Below, one piece after another: positions 44,839-59,894 of a stretch of DNA of 64,000 nt (positions are counted from its first letter, which is position 1; each line of letters begins with the position of its first letter). The translations under genes were made by a program, and so were the position numbers. The DNA lies in contig OX597832.1 in NCBI GenBank assembly GCA_951406725.2, positions 17,918,001 through 17,982,000 of the forward strand, written 5' to 3'. This DNA comes from Octopus vulgaris. Taxonomy: Eukaryota. The notes under the pieces were generated by a model. It ran no database searches. It had not been told where the DNA came from and saw nothing but the letters and a program-made list of their open reading frames with translations.

Positions 44839-44900
<62 letters not shown>

Positions 44901-45021
44901 AGTGCACGTGCATACATATATCATGTCTACATACGCTTATTCACACGTACAAACAAAATAACACATACGCACACAATTATATATGTATACATATACAAAT
45001 ATATATAAATAAATACTTGTA

Positions 45022-45059
<38 letters not shown>

Positions 45060-45131
45060 TATATAAACATATATATATATATATACAAATATACATATAT
45101 ATAAATATATATAAATACCTGAGTATATTCG

Positions 45132-45178
<47 letters not shown>

Positions 45179-46018
45179 TTAGATATTGACGAATAGATAT
45201 ACAACAGCGTACAATATTATACATACAGTGCCATACATAAAGGCTTACATATAGAGTGACATATATTCATATGCATGCACAGATACATATGTACACATAC
45301 AGACATACATAATCTACACATCATATAGCATAACGACTCTTTCATGTATTGCCGAAGGCTGACCTATAACTTCTCATGGATTTTTGTTCTAACATGCCTA
45401 TCCTGTTTTTTTTTTCTTTTTTTTTTAAAATCTTTCTTTTTTTTTTGTTTTTCGTTATGCTTTGGACGACAAACAGGATTGCGGAAGTGTATTTGCCGAA
45501 ACAGGATTCCGGACCTCCTGCTGGTATATACCCCAGCATGCATTTGCAAACTTGTTCCGGTAGATGTTGAAGTGGAAATTAACACGGAAGCCATTGCGAT
45601 TAGAGGGAAAACATTATACAAGGAAAAACTATAAATACGTGTTTGTATATAGGTGTTTGCATGGTGTGTGTGTGTGCATTTTCGTATGCGTGTATGTGTG
45701 TGTTTGTGTTTATTTATGCATATCTTTATATATTTCTATGCATGTGTGACAGCTTATATATATTCAATACGCATATATTCATATGTGTGTGTGTGTATGT
45801 TTGTGTGTGTGTGTGTGTGTGTGTGTTAGCGTGCGTGCGTGTCAGTGCGTGTATTTCTAAATTACACTCAGAACGCTTACAAGCACTGGAAATTACGGAA
45901 ATGAAAATGTGTTCAGAGAGTTCTAAGCAAGTATATGTGTGTATGTATATATGTATGTATCAGTGTATTTATGTAGCTATCTATCTATATATACATATGT
46001 ATTTATGTATATATATAC

Positions 46019-46053
<35 letters not shown>

Positions 46054-46186
46054 TGCATAAATATATATATGCATGTATATATGTATAGATATACATATGT
46101 ATATATACCATATATATATATATATATATAGATGCATAAATATATATATGTATACATATATGTATAGATATACATATGTATATATA

Positions 46187-46234
<48 letters not shown>

Positions 46235-48178
46235 GTAAACATATATAGACATACATATATATGAATATATATATATATATAATGATATATGTATATGTGT
46301 GCATTTGTGCACCTGTGTATGTGCATGTGTGTATGTATATGTAAAGAATAATCTTCGGCATATTTCTGTATGACATACACGTGTCGAATTACAATATTTG
46401 CACCCCATATTACCAACCTATAATAACGTTGGGACATACTTCAAGACTGTCATATGTCAGTGATACACAGACACACGTGCGCTCATATCCACATACACAA
46501 AGGCAGACGTACCCACATACATCTATATCTATATCCATATGTATATATATATATATATATATATACGTTTGTGTGTGTGTGTTTTAGTTGGTATGTGTGT
46601 TTTTGTGTGTGTGCTAGTTTCCAAAATATGTACCCTGGAGATTTACAATATTTTATTAAAATCTATACAAAATCTTGATGAACTTAAGAGATATGAGTAC
46701 ACCTTAATTGCATTAATGCTATGCATCGAAATACGCCGCTTTGTTCACGCAAACAATTTACACATGTAAGAGTATACAAACATCATTTGTTTTCTATAAC
46801 GATAAGTACATCATGAGTATTGCGGTTCTAACAGAATATATGCATGTAACGCAATTTAAAATTCTTTGTCTTAATTATGTACTGTTAGAAATTCATGTTT
46901 TGAATAATTTCTAAATAATTTTCCTTCAGTATTAACAATGTCTTAAAATGTAATACACACATTTTCATATTCTAAATGTATTCATTTCATTGATACGGGA
47001 AGGCGGAAATAAAATATACCTATCTAGGTGGCATTTGAAATAAAAATGCCATTCAGTATGGCAAGAAATTGTGTCCACCATTTTAACTCTAAAGTGTTTT
47101 CGTGATGTACAAAACTTCTACATTCTGGGGCTGTTGAAAGACTAAACAAATTCGTAAATGTATAGTGAGGCTGCATACCCATCCGAGTAAAAAGAGGTAG
47201 GATCCAGCCACTATAAATAGAATATTAGCCGGTCGTCAAGGGGAAAGTCGAGAGTCGACAGTTCTAGTCGGTGTCTTGTGGATCTATTAGCGATAGTAAG
47301 ACAGAACATGTTAGTGTAATACTATTCTGATACGAAAAGATATAAGGGTTATCCGATGGTTAGTAACTATTGTGGCTACTAGCGTAAAACAGCAACTACA
47401 GTACAACGACACTCACACATCACACCAGTGGGAGGAACTCACTTTACAACAGTAAGCACATAAGTCAGCGATATATCGGGCAAAATATACTTCAGTGTAG
47501 TGTTTCACCAGAAGTCGACCGCAGGAGAATTTGAGTTTGTTCTTACTATGCAGTACCAGATAATGAAAACAACTACAAGTTATAATATTTATACAGATGA
47601 CAGCAAATATTACAACCACCAGCTCAACAACTCGCGCAAAATCAAAATGATGATTCGTCGGTCTCATCGTCATCATAAATTTGCTTTTCAGCCTAAAGTC
47701 CTTTCTCATCTTCTTCTAAATCCTATCAGGTTACTGATATCACAAACATCCATGGTAATGTTTAAGATTGGGGTTATTGTGGTGACAATGAAAACAAGAA
47801 CGACAACCACAGCAACCACCATAACCGCAACCACGTTGATAACCACGAGTACCTTGTCCCTGACTACAAATAGGGAGTCGATGATGGGAAAGGTGCGAAA
47901 GGGAAAATAACGGACAGAGGAAACGGGTGAACGAGCGGGAAGAAACGGTTACGGTAACAATGAGGACGACAACGTCGATTCTCCTTTGCTATGAGAACAT
48001 TTCATATCTGATATACTGTAAGTAATTTCTGCAGTTTGTAACTAAATCAGCGTAGAAATATTAAATTAGTCATTAATTGTAATCCAAAATGTATTAGAAC
48101 ATCTTAATAACGGTGACGAGGACGTCTCAACAGCGATGATGAAGATGACAACGAGAACACTGATCATGAGGTCGTTGA

Positions 48179-48212
<34 letters not shown>

Positions 48213-48456
48213 GGTGGTGGTGGTGGTGGTGGTGGTGGTGGTGGTAATGATGATGGTGATGATGATAACGATGATGATGATGACGATGATGATGACGATG
48301 ACGAGAAACAATGATGGTGATGATATTGATGAAATAATAATAATAATATTAATAATAATAATAATAATAATAATAGTAATAATGATAATGATGATGATGA
48401 TGATGATGATAATGATGATGATCATGATGATCATGTTAATAAAAATAATAATAATA

Positions 48457-48533
<77 letters not shown>

Positions 48534-49339
48534 AATAATATTAATACGAACATCGTCATCGTCGTTGTCCTCACGTTTTCCTGCTCGTCCGTGTCATCAT
48601 CGTTATTTCCAGTTACAGGAACTAAAATTTTACAGTGGGGTCATATATGGGATGTATTCTCGGAATAATAACTGCGTGTACAGACTCACAATAACATATT
48701 AACACCTCTCTCCCTCTCTCTCTCTTTCTCTCTCTCTATCTCTTTTAAACACACAGACACATATATTTACGCATACACACATTTATATGCAATTATATGT
48801 TCACACACGTTTAATCATACGTAGATGAATATGTGACAACGTACGTTTGTATATATATGCAAGTGGAAGCATTATGTATGTTTGTGCCTTTATGTCCGTG
48901 GAAGCGTGCGTAGAATATACACATTAGCAATTTACAATTTGAGCAACGTCGTGAAGAATAACGAATATCGAGAAAGAATAAATACGGTGCTACAGATCGA
49001 ATTGTTCGGTTAGACGATTTGCGAAACAATTGTTCGATTGTTTCCATAGGGAAGAATACAAAAAGCGCGAAGAATAGCAGCAGAAGAAAGATAAACAAAG
49101 GCACCTGGTACCGTTCCTGTGTAGGGTGCTGAGAAAGAATAACTGATTGGCGGGTGCATGACTGAGAAATTGCTTTCGGTCAAAGAAGGAGCTACAAAGA
49201 CTGCCTTCCATATAAATTTCGCTAACATGGACATCATAAACTCTCTACTTCTATAATTTTTTCCAGTGTTATTTTTGGTCTTTTTATGATTTAATTAACG
49301 CATCCGCCTCTGTATGTATGTATGTATGTATTTATGTGT

Positions 49340-49505
<166 letters not shown>

Positions 49506-49828
49506 ATATTTCGGAATGGTCATATTGCCAGTTTACCCAATAAAAACACACGCACTATATATTTGGTGTTATTTTGCTTCAGTGTTATTTATTTTTTACA
49601 TTAATCTTAATCTTATTTCGGCCAGAGTTCTTTCGTCACATTCCGAAATATAACAATATCTTTTTTAACACCCGATTTCACATAAAAAATCTTACGCAAC
49701 AAATATATATATATATATATAAAATTGAATAAGGGTAGAAATTGATGTTAATCAATTAAAACCAGTGGCCTAGCATATTAAAAAAATCCAAAGATTAAAA
49801 TATTTTTTAATTACAAAATTTAAATAAA

Positions 49829-49906
49829 TACCGATCAGTTTCGCTTGTTAATATTCACGCATATGTATACATATGCGTGAATATTAACAAGCGAAACTGA
49901 TCGGTA
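49829..49906. repeat. Perfect 78-bp palindrome without spacer
   Basis: taccgatcagtttcgcttgttaatattcacgcatatgta | tacatatgcgtgaatattaacaagcgaaactgatcggta. Confidence 0.95.
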
Positions 49907-50119
49907 CATAGGTAATCGTATTTATTTTGTATATTTTCATTTGTCTTGCTTATTTTTTTACACTTTTGTTTTGTGCTGAGTTTTTATTTGAGAACACATT
50001 CTTCGTAGAAAATAGCGATTTTGACGTCTATATCTAGCATATTGAGCGTCCAGTTTTATTGGTCAGTCCTTTAAATTTTGTATATATATATACAGCCATA
50101 TATATTAGACTTTTAGTTT

Positions 50120-50760
<641 letters not shown>

Positions 50761-50764
50761 AGTG

Positions 50765-51110
50765 TTCCAACAACAACAGGAATAATCTTTGCAACTGAGC
50801 GAACGAGAATATCTCCAGAAGATCTCCAGCAAACCGGCGTACATTTTAAATTCCAGGGCGGAAGTCTTCTGCCCTGCTTACACCTCAGGACTTTGTTGCT
50901 GAAGTTCTGTGATCCATAAACCAAGAAGGCCATTTATAAAAAGCGCTTAACCTTTATTCATTGTCCATATATTTAGATATTAGCAAAGCGATTCTTTCTG
51001 TCTCCATCTTGAAGAGATATTATAGGCCATCGGCCATTAGAGTCTGAAGTTTCGCTGGAAAGCTAGGCACTTCAGGGTTGTGAAACCCAGAGTAACCTCA
51101 TAGACCGACT
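50765..51110 (-). mobile_element. Decayed LINE fragment, possibly RTE-clade RT C-terminal region
   Basis: Minus-strand peptide AFLVYGSQNF resembles LLYGSETW of RTE elements; otherwise degenerate. Confidence 0.35.
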
Positions 51111-51123
51111 GTTACCATTTTTG

Positions 51124-51163
<40 letters not shown>

Positions 51164-51299
51164 CTTTTCCTCTCCACTTTTTTCCCCTTTTTCTTCGTTT
51201 TTCATTTTTCATTTCTTTTTTCCCTTTTTTCTTTTTTATTCTTTTCCTTTTTTTCTTTGTTTCTTTTTTTGCTTCCTTTTATTTCTTTTTTCCTTTTTT

Positions 51300-51432
51300 T
51301 GTTCTTTTTTCCCTTTTACGATCCCATTTGATCAAAACCTACGCTACCCATTTTTTTCTCCCCCAAAAGAAAAGCTCTACCTTGTAACTTCACCCATCTG
51401 TGTGCAGCCTTGTGTGGCCAATAAAGAAAGTA
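51300..51432 (+). mobile_element. 3' end of a non-LTR retroelement (T-rich UTR, AATAAA, then (TCTA)n)
   Basis: Homologous inverted copy at 59630-59797; AATAAA at 51420-51425. Confidence 0.65.
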
Positions 51433-51458
51433 ATCTATCTATCTATCCATCTATCTAT

Positions 51459-51602
<144 letters not shown>

Positions 51603-52268
51603 TCTCTGTATGTGTGTTCGTGCGCGAGTCGATTGTTTGTTTGTGTGTGTTTGTGTGTGTGTGTGTGTCTGTGTGTGTCTGTGTCTGTGCTTCTGTGTGT
51701 CTGTGTCCCTGTGTATCTGTATGTGTCTGAGTCAAATCCAAATATCTTATTCGTGTTTCTGAGTCATCAAGAAGAAAATTGGGAGACAAACTTCACTCAT
51801 TTCTAAAGCTGTACCAACAGATATAAATTCAGTTTTCACGTCTGTTGCACCGTGTAATAATGCTAAGCATGTTTGAGGCAGATGAAAACATATTATCTCT
51901 ATGAGTATCACAAAAAATGCACCACTTTATTCTGAAGGTATGAAAACGATTAAATGTAAAATGCATGTCGATGACAAAGAAATCATTGATAACAGACCTG
52001 CTGCATCAGACCACACTTTATCTGGTTAAAGAAAAAAAGGTATCAGATACCAAATAAACCGTCGACAACAAAAACACACGGAATGAATAGTAGTTTCTTT
52101 ATCCTTAACGATAACTGAACTATGAAATTTCACAGAAACAGGGTGCAGTTGGTTGGTGCGATCGCATTAGATCTATGATTGTTAATTTATTGAATAAGCA
52201 TGTCTATAGACTTGTCCGCTGGTCTGTCAGTCTGTCTGTCTGTCTGTCTTTCTCTATCTCTCTCTCTG

Positions 52269-52301
<33 letters not shown>

Positions 52302-52356
52302 GTGTGTATATACCTAACCACCTGTCAGTTTGTCTTTCTATCGATTTATATGTCTG

Positions 52357-52395
<39 letters not shown>

Positions 52396-52558
52396 CTCTA
52401 TCTATCTATATATCTATCTATCAATCTATCTATCTATATAGGTATCAACATACCTACATACCTCCATGCCTCAGTATCTAACAATTGGTTTTTCCATTTG
52501 TGTATGTGTGTGCCTCCGAGTGTGCCTATCTATGTAGTCATGCATGCAAGTGTCTGTA

Positions 52559-52624
<66 letters not shown>

Positions 52625-52991
52625 CACATATATATATATACGTGTTTATACATATGTATATATATTAGTATGTATGCATGTATGTATGGGCATATGTACT
52701 TGCTCACGTATAAAAATAGAAACAAAGGAATAGCTATATACAACACACACTACAAACGTCTATCAGATTGCAAAATATCATGTTTGGTCATATGTTACAA
52801 GGTACTGTGAATACCATGAACTTCAAGACACCAAAACCAAAATTAATCTTTAACTATTATATGAGATATTAAAGATCATAAGGGAATTTTAAATTGCAAA
52901 TTCTTCTAGTTTACCTCAGGATGAGAGACCAGTAAGATCGAGGGCAATAAATTACATGATAATTATAATGTTTAATGATATTGTTATTTAT

Positions 52992-53410
52992 AGGCGCAGG
53001 AGTGACTGTGTGGTAAGTAGCTTGTTTACCAACCACATGGTTCCGGGTTCGAATATCACTGCGTGGCACCTAACCTTAGGCAAGTGTCTTCTACTATAGC
53101 CTCGGGCTGACCAAAGCCTTCTGAGTGGATTTGGTGACGGAAACTGAGAAAGAAGCCCGTCGTATATATGTACATATATATATATGCGTGCGTGTGTTTG
53201 TGTGTTTGTGTTTGTCCCCCTAGCATTGCTTGACAACCGATGCTGGTGTGTTTATGTCTTACGTTACTTAGCGGTTCGGCAAATAGAATAAGTACGATAG
53301 AATAAGTACTGGGCTTACAAAGAATAAGTCCCAGGGGTCGATTTGCTCGATTAAAGGCGGTGCTCCAGCATGGCCGCAGTCAAATGACTGAAACAAGTAA
53401 AAAGTAAAGA
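52992..53410 (+). mobile_element. SINE family A, full length
   Basis: A box-like GTGACTGTGTGG, B box GGGTTCGAATATC, CORE-like CCTTAGGCAAGTGTCTT, internal (TA)/(TG) tract and aagagta tail repeats. Confidence 0.85.
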
Positions 53411-53519
53411 GTAAAGAGAGTATATATATGATTAATATCAATTAAATTTCCACACCAATCATCAAAATCCTAATTCTGCACCTCCTCTCTCGTCTTCCTC
53501 ATTATCATCGTTCTTAATG

Positions 53520-54397
53520 TTGGTTTTGTCATCGTCATCATATTGATGCTTATGAAGCACTGCTGTGACATGGAAAAAGATAGAAAAGGCCCCAAAACTC
53601 CGAAAGAAGAGACGATGAGAAGTGAAAAAGGGTGTAGTAGCAGTAGTAGTAGCAGCAGTGGTAGTAGTTGTTGAAAGAGAAGAAAAAAAAACAACAACAG
53701 CTAAATACAAGAACAAGATCGATTCCAGAATAACAACTAGAAAATAAAAAAGCAAAATAAATCATATAAACAACGCAACAACAAACAACAACAAAACTAA
53801 TAACAACAACAACAACAAAGGCAACACCAGCAATAAGAAGGAAAACAGCAACAACAACAACAGCAATAACATGAAAAAAAAGCAAAATAAGAGCCGTTCT
53901 AAACTTTCACAGAAACAGGGTGCAGTTGGTTGGTGCGATCCATTAGATCTATGAGAAGAATCCAAGAGCCAGGATGCCCCCAGAATCTTGGATACCATGA
54001 TATTTGACATGTTGACATTTTGGTAATGGCACCGAAGAATATCTAAAAAAAAAAAAAACTAAAAAAAAAAAACTGAACAAAAAGCAAAGAAAAGTAAAAA
54101 CAACAACAACACCAACCACAAAAATATAAACGATACCAAAGTATGAAGGTTAATATTTTAGGACTGTTTTGTCGAATTCTTGTGATATTCGTGATGTAGT
54201 TGATATTACTGTTGTTGGTGATGTTGTTGTTGTTGTTTGCGGTAATGCTGCTGATGATGACGACGTCGACGATGGTGATGATGATGATGATGATAATGAT
54301 GATGATCATGATGTTGATGATGATGATGATGATGATCATGATGATCATGATGATGATCATGATGATGATGATAATGATGGTATGATGATGATGATGT

Positions 54398-54431
<34 letters not shown>

Positions 54432-54477
54432 AATGACGATGACGATGATGATGTTAATGATGATGATGATGATAATG

Positions 54478-54509
<32 letters not shown>

Positions 54510-55113
54510 GATGATGACGACGACTATTGTGTTGCTCACGTACAAAGAAATAGAAACAGAGGGAATAGCTTTCACTCCTTTCTCCGGACAAAGAATGTAC
54601 GACGACGTGGACAGCGACGATAACGTCAACAACAACAACAACTGCGACGTAGCTGATGACGATCACGGCCATGAAAACGATGATGTTGAGATGATGTTGG
54701 TGGTGGTGGGATGATGAAGATGCTGATTATGATGATGAAGAAGGTCATGGTAATGATGATGATAACAACGAAAACAATGCTCCACCACTAATGCTACAGC
54801 TTCTCACGATGAAGATGATGATTATGACATCATTGTCATCATGAGGCGCAGGATGATGACTGTGCCGGTAAATGGAGGTTGTGATAACCACATGTTCCGG
54901 GGTGATGGTGGCAGGGTTAGTGTGCAGCTCTTGGTGGCGGTGGTAGTTGTGGTGGTGTTCGTGATGTCTATGAATGTGTTGATGTTAAAGATGACGATAC
55001 ATGATCCACGTGGCCTTTGCTTCCCTGTTGGGTTATACTTACTTTCTTTCAACATGAACCTCTGTATGTATACATTACCCAGCATATATATATGTATATA
55101 TACATATAATACG

Positions 55114-55144
<31 letters not shown>

Positions 55145-55247
55145 TATACAGGGTATATATACATATATATATAGCTAGATAGATATACATATCTATACAC
55201 ACATATGTATATACATATACATGTATATATATATATATATACATGTA

Positions 55248-55299
<52 letters not shown>

Positions 55300-55336
55300 T
55301 ATATATGTCTATATATAGTTATATGTACATACATAT

Positions 55337-55382
<46 letters not shown>

Positions 55383-56651
55383 GTTTTGTCATCGTCATCA
55401 TATTGATGCTTATGAAGCACTGCTGTGACATGGAAAAAGATAGAAAAGGCCCCAAAACTCCGAAAGAAGAGACGATGAGAAGTGAAAAAGGGTGTAGTAG
55501 CAGTAGTAGTAGCAGCAGTAGGAGCGGCTGTGGTAGTAGTTGTTGAAAGAGAAGAAAAAAAAACAACAACAGCTAAATACAAGAACAAGATCGATTCCAG
55601 AATAACAACTAGAAAATAAAAAAGCAAAATAAATCATATAAACAACGCAACAACAAACAACAACAAAACTAATAACAACAACAACAACAAAGGCAATACC
55701 AGCAATAAGAAGGAAAACAGCAACAACAACAACAGCAATAACATGAAAAAAAAAGCAAAATAAGAGCCGTTCTAAACTTTCAGAAAGGACTAACCAAAGT
55801 GGCTATATTGTACCTTCCTTTATGAGAAGAATCCAAGATGCCAGGACAGAAATCTTGGATACCATGATATTTGACATGTTGACATTTTGGTATAGGCACC
55901 GAAGAATATCTAAAAAAAAAAAAACTAAAAAAAAAACTGAACAAAACGGTCAACAACAACACCAACCACAAAAATATAAACGATACCAAAGTATGAAGGT
56001 TAATATTTTAGGACTGTCCTCGTAAAATGCTTTTCTGTCGTGATGTATATATTACTGTTGTTGGTGATATAATGTTGTTGATGCGTAACATTCTGATGAT
56101 GACGACGTCGACGATGGTGATGATGATGATGATGATAATGATGATGATCATATATATGATGATGATATATCATATGATGTTGATGATGATATATGATATG
56201 ATATATGATACTGGTATGATGATGATGTTGATGATGATGATGATGTGATGATGTGTGATAATGTGACGATGATGATGTTTGATATGTATAGATCAATGTA
56301 TATATATGATGTTGTTATGTATGTATATACGACGACTCTTGTGTTTCGGATGAAAAGAAATTCAGAGAATGGTGGTAATGATGTACGACGACGTGGACAG
56401 CGACGATAACCTCTTCAACAACAACAATTCCACCTCCTCTCTTTTCTTTCCATACCCCTCATACAACGATGATGTTGAGATGATGTTGGTGGTGGTGTGG
56501 ATGTTGAAGATGCTGATTATGATGATGAAGAAGGTCATGGTAATGATGATGATAACAACGACAATATAATGCATCTTTTCTTTGTTCCTATGTGTATGCG
56601 TATGTACACATATATATGTGCATGTCTGAGTTACTTGTATATATATATATG

Positions 56652-56726
<75 letters not shown>

Positions 56727-56921
56727 TTGTGTTCATATGTGCGTGCGTGTGGATGTACGTGTGCGTGGTGTTCGTGATGTCTATGAATATGTTGATGTTA
56801 AAGATGACGATACATGATCCACGTGGCCTTTGCTTCCCTCGTTGGGTTATACTTTACTTTCTTTCAACAAAACCTCTGTATGTAGTACGTTACCCAGCAT
56901 ATATATCTGTATATATACATA

Positions 56922-56962
<41 letters not shown>

Positions 56963-57067
56963 ATATACATATATATATATATATATAGCTAGATAGATAT
57001 ACATATCTATACACACATATGTATATACATATACATGTATATATATATATATATACATGTATATGTA

Positions 57068-57110
<43 letters not shown>

Positions 57111-57156
57111 GCATATATATGTCTATATATAGTTATATGTACATACATGGATATAC

Positions 57157-57223
<67 letters not shown>

Positions 57224-58035
57224 ATGTGTGTGTGTATAACTGTTATATTGTACATATGACAAGCTACATGATTGAAAAGATCATGAGGGTCAAAGAGTAA
57301 CATCTATCTAAATAAGTATTTATCTATCTATCCATATATATGTGTGTGCGTATGTTTGTGTGTGTATATATATAATATATATATATAGTATATATATATA
57401 TATAGAAGAGAGACAGAGAGAGAGACACACACACATACACATACAGAATCTACATAAACGTGTATGGGAAATACATATACTATTAAAGACACACATCAAG
57501 CCCATACATATCTACACATGATATACATATACGTACGTACGTTTGTATGTATGGGTGTGTTTGTATATGCGTACATACCTCGCAGACAAGCAGTGTTTCA
57601 CCATTAGAAATGTATTGTGCCGCCTTAGTTTGAGTTTCAGTCAAACGAGTTCAGTCTAAATGCACTCTTATATTGACGTATACAGCGACAGATATACTTA
57701 TGTGTTGCGCAAGTTCGTTCTTTGCGTGAGTGAGGAAAGTTATGGGGGGACGAATATCAGGGTAGATATTTTATTTATTTTCTTTTGTATAGGTTTAGAT
57801 AATAATAAAAAAAGTAACGATAATAAAAATGCTGAAGGAACGGTCAAAAGAAATCGAAAGTTTTGTGGGTCCTACGATACTGGGAAAAGGACATCATACT
57901 TTTTATACTGTCCTCGTAAAATGCTTTTCTGTCGTTGTATATATTCTGTTGTCTTTGACTATATAATATAGTGATGCGTATACATTCACACACGCACGTC
58001 CACACGCACACACACTCACGTGTAGACACACATAC

Positions 58036-58081
<46 letters not shown>

Positions 58082-58486
58082 AACTATATATATATGTAGA
58101 TATGTACATGTGTGTGTTCGTGTGTGTTTGTGTGCTTATATGTTTTATGTATAGATCAATGTATATATATATGTTGTTATGTATGTATATAGTCTCTCTC
58201 TTTTCATAGAAATTCAGAGAATGGTGGTAATGATGTAGAACCTTAACCGCCACCTCTTCTCCAATCCACTTAATTCCACCTCCTCTCTTTTCTTTCCATA
58301 CCCCTCATACAACATGAAAAAAAAACTTCTTAGTTCTAGGGGGTGAAAAAGTTCTTGTCGAAATGTTAACATTTGTAGTAGAGTTGTGGTAACTTTATAT
58401 CTATAAGAGACAATATAATGCATCTTTTCTTTGTTCCTATGTGTATGCGTATGTACACATATATATGTGCATGTCTGAGTTACTTG

Positions 58487-58517
<31 letters not shown>

Positions 58518-59315
58518 GTGTGTGTTTGTGTTCATATGTGCGTGCGTGTGGATGTACGTGCTTGCGTGGGTTTCGATGTAGTGTATACTCTTTTGGTATT
58601 TCTGTTGGTATACTTTTTTGTTGCAGTAGTTCTTGTTGTCGATGCTGTTGTTATTGTTGGAATATTCGGCACTTCACTCGAGCATAGTTCTACTGAAGTT
58701 AGATGCACTAAGGTGAGGGTTAAACGGCCTAACTTTTTTTAAACGAAAAAAGAAATATATATATGTATGTATATGTATACAAAATAAAACGACGAACATG
58801 ATATAGAAAAAAATGTATGAAGAAGAAAAAAGACGAATGTAAGAATGAAATGAAGTAAGAAAAGAAAGATGGCAGAGGAAAAAAAAAATGGAGAACATAC
58901 GTGAGCAAATGAAAAAGACAGGGGGACAGAGATTGGCACTGTCAAATCAATCGACTGAGACAAGGAGAAAATGACAGAGGGAGATGAGAGCACCGAAACA
59001 AATAATAACTAAGAGACACAGAGACGGGGAGGAGGAGAAGAAAGAGAAAGGGAGTGAGTGAGTGAGAGGGGGAGAATATCAAGTAGAATGAGAGACAGAG
59101 AAAGCGAGAATAATATAGAGAATGTCAAGCACAGAGGAAAACGGACAGAAAGACAGGCATACAGGCAGACATGCAGACAATGATAAGACATTCTGTGGAC
59201 ATTGTTGTGTCTTAACTTTTGCAATACATACCTCGCAGACAAGCAGTGTTTCACCATTAGAAATGTATTGTGCCGCCTTAGTTTGAGTTTCAGTCAAACG
59301 AGTTCAGTCTAAATG
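53520..59315 (+). repeat. Patchwork of direct duplications at ~1.65-1.9 kb offset (possible assembly mosaic)
   Basis: 53520/55380, 53950/55822, 54595/56380, 54955/56770, 56360/58212, 56560/58410, 57575/59226. Confidence 0.85.
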
Positions 59316-59396
59316 CCCCCATTTCGATTCACTTTATTCGTGAGCGAACTTAAACTACTTGGAAAGGCATAAAAGACGCAACTTGTCATTTCATTT

Positions 59397-59427
<31 letters not shown>

Positions 59428-59521
59428 ATATAGATAGATAGATAGATAGATATATATATAGATAGATAGATAGATACATACATACATACATACATACATA
59501 CATACGTACATACATACATAC

Positions 59522-59569
<48 letters not shown>

Positions 59570-59629
59570 ATAAATAGATAGATAGATAGATAGATATATA
59601 GATAGATAGCTAGATAGATAGATAGATAA

Positions 59630-59797
59630 GTTTCTTTATTGGCCACACAGGGCTGCACACAGATGGGACAAATTACAAGGTAGAGCTTTTCTTTTGGGGG
59701 ATGAAAAAAACAAAAAACAAAAGAAACAAAAAAAAAGGTGTCGTAGGTTTTCGATCAAAAGGAATCGTAAAAGGGAAAAAGAAGAACAAAAAAAAAA
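59630..59797 (-). mobile_element. Second copy of the retroelement 3' end, embedded in (TAGA)n
   Basis: Reverse complement of 51300-51432; (TAGA)n on both sides. Confidence 0.7.
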
Positions 59798-59828
59798 GAT
59801 AGATAGATAGATAGATAGATATATAGAT

Positions 59829-59894
<66 letters not shown>

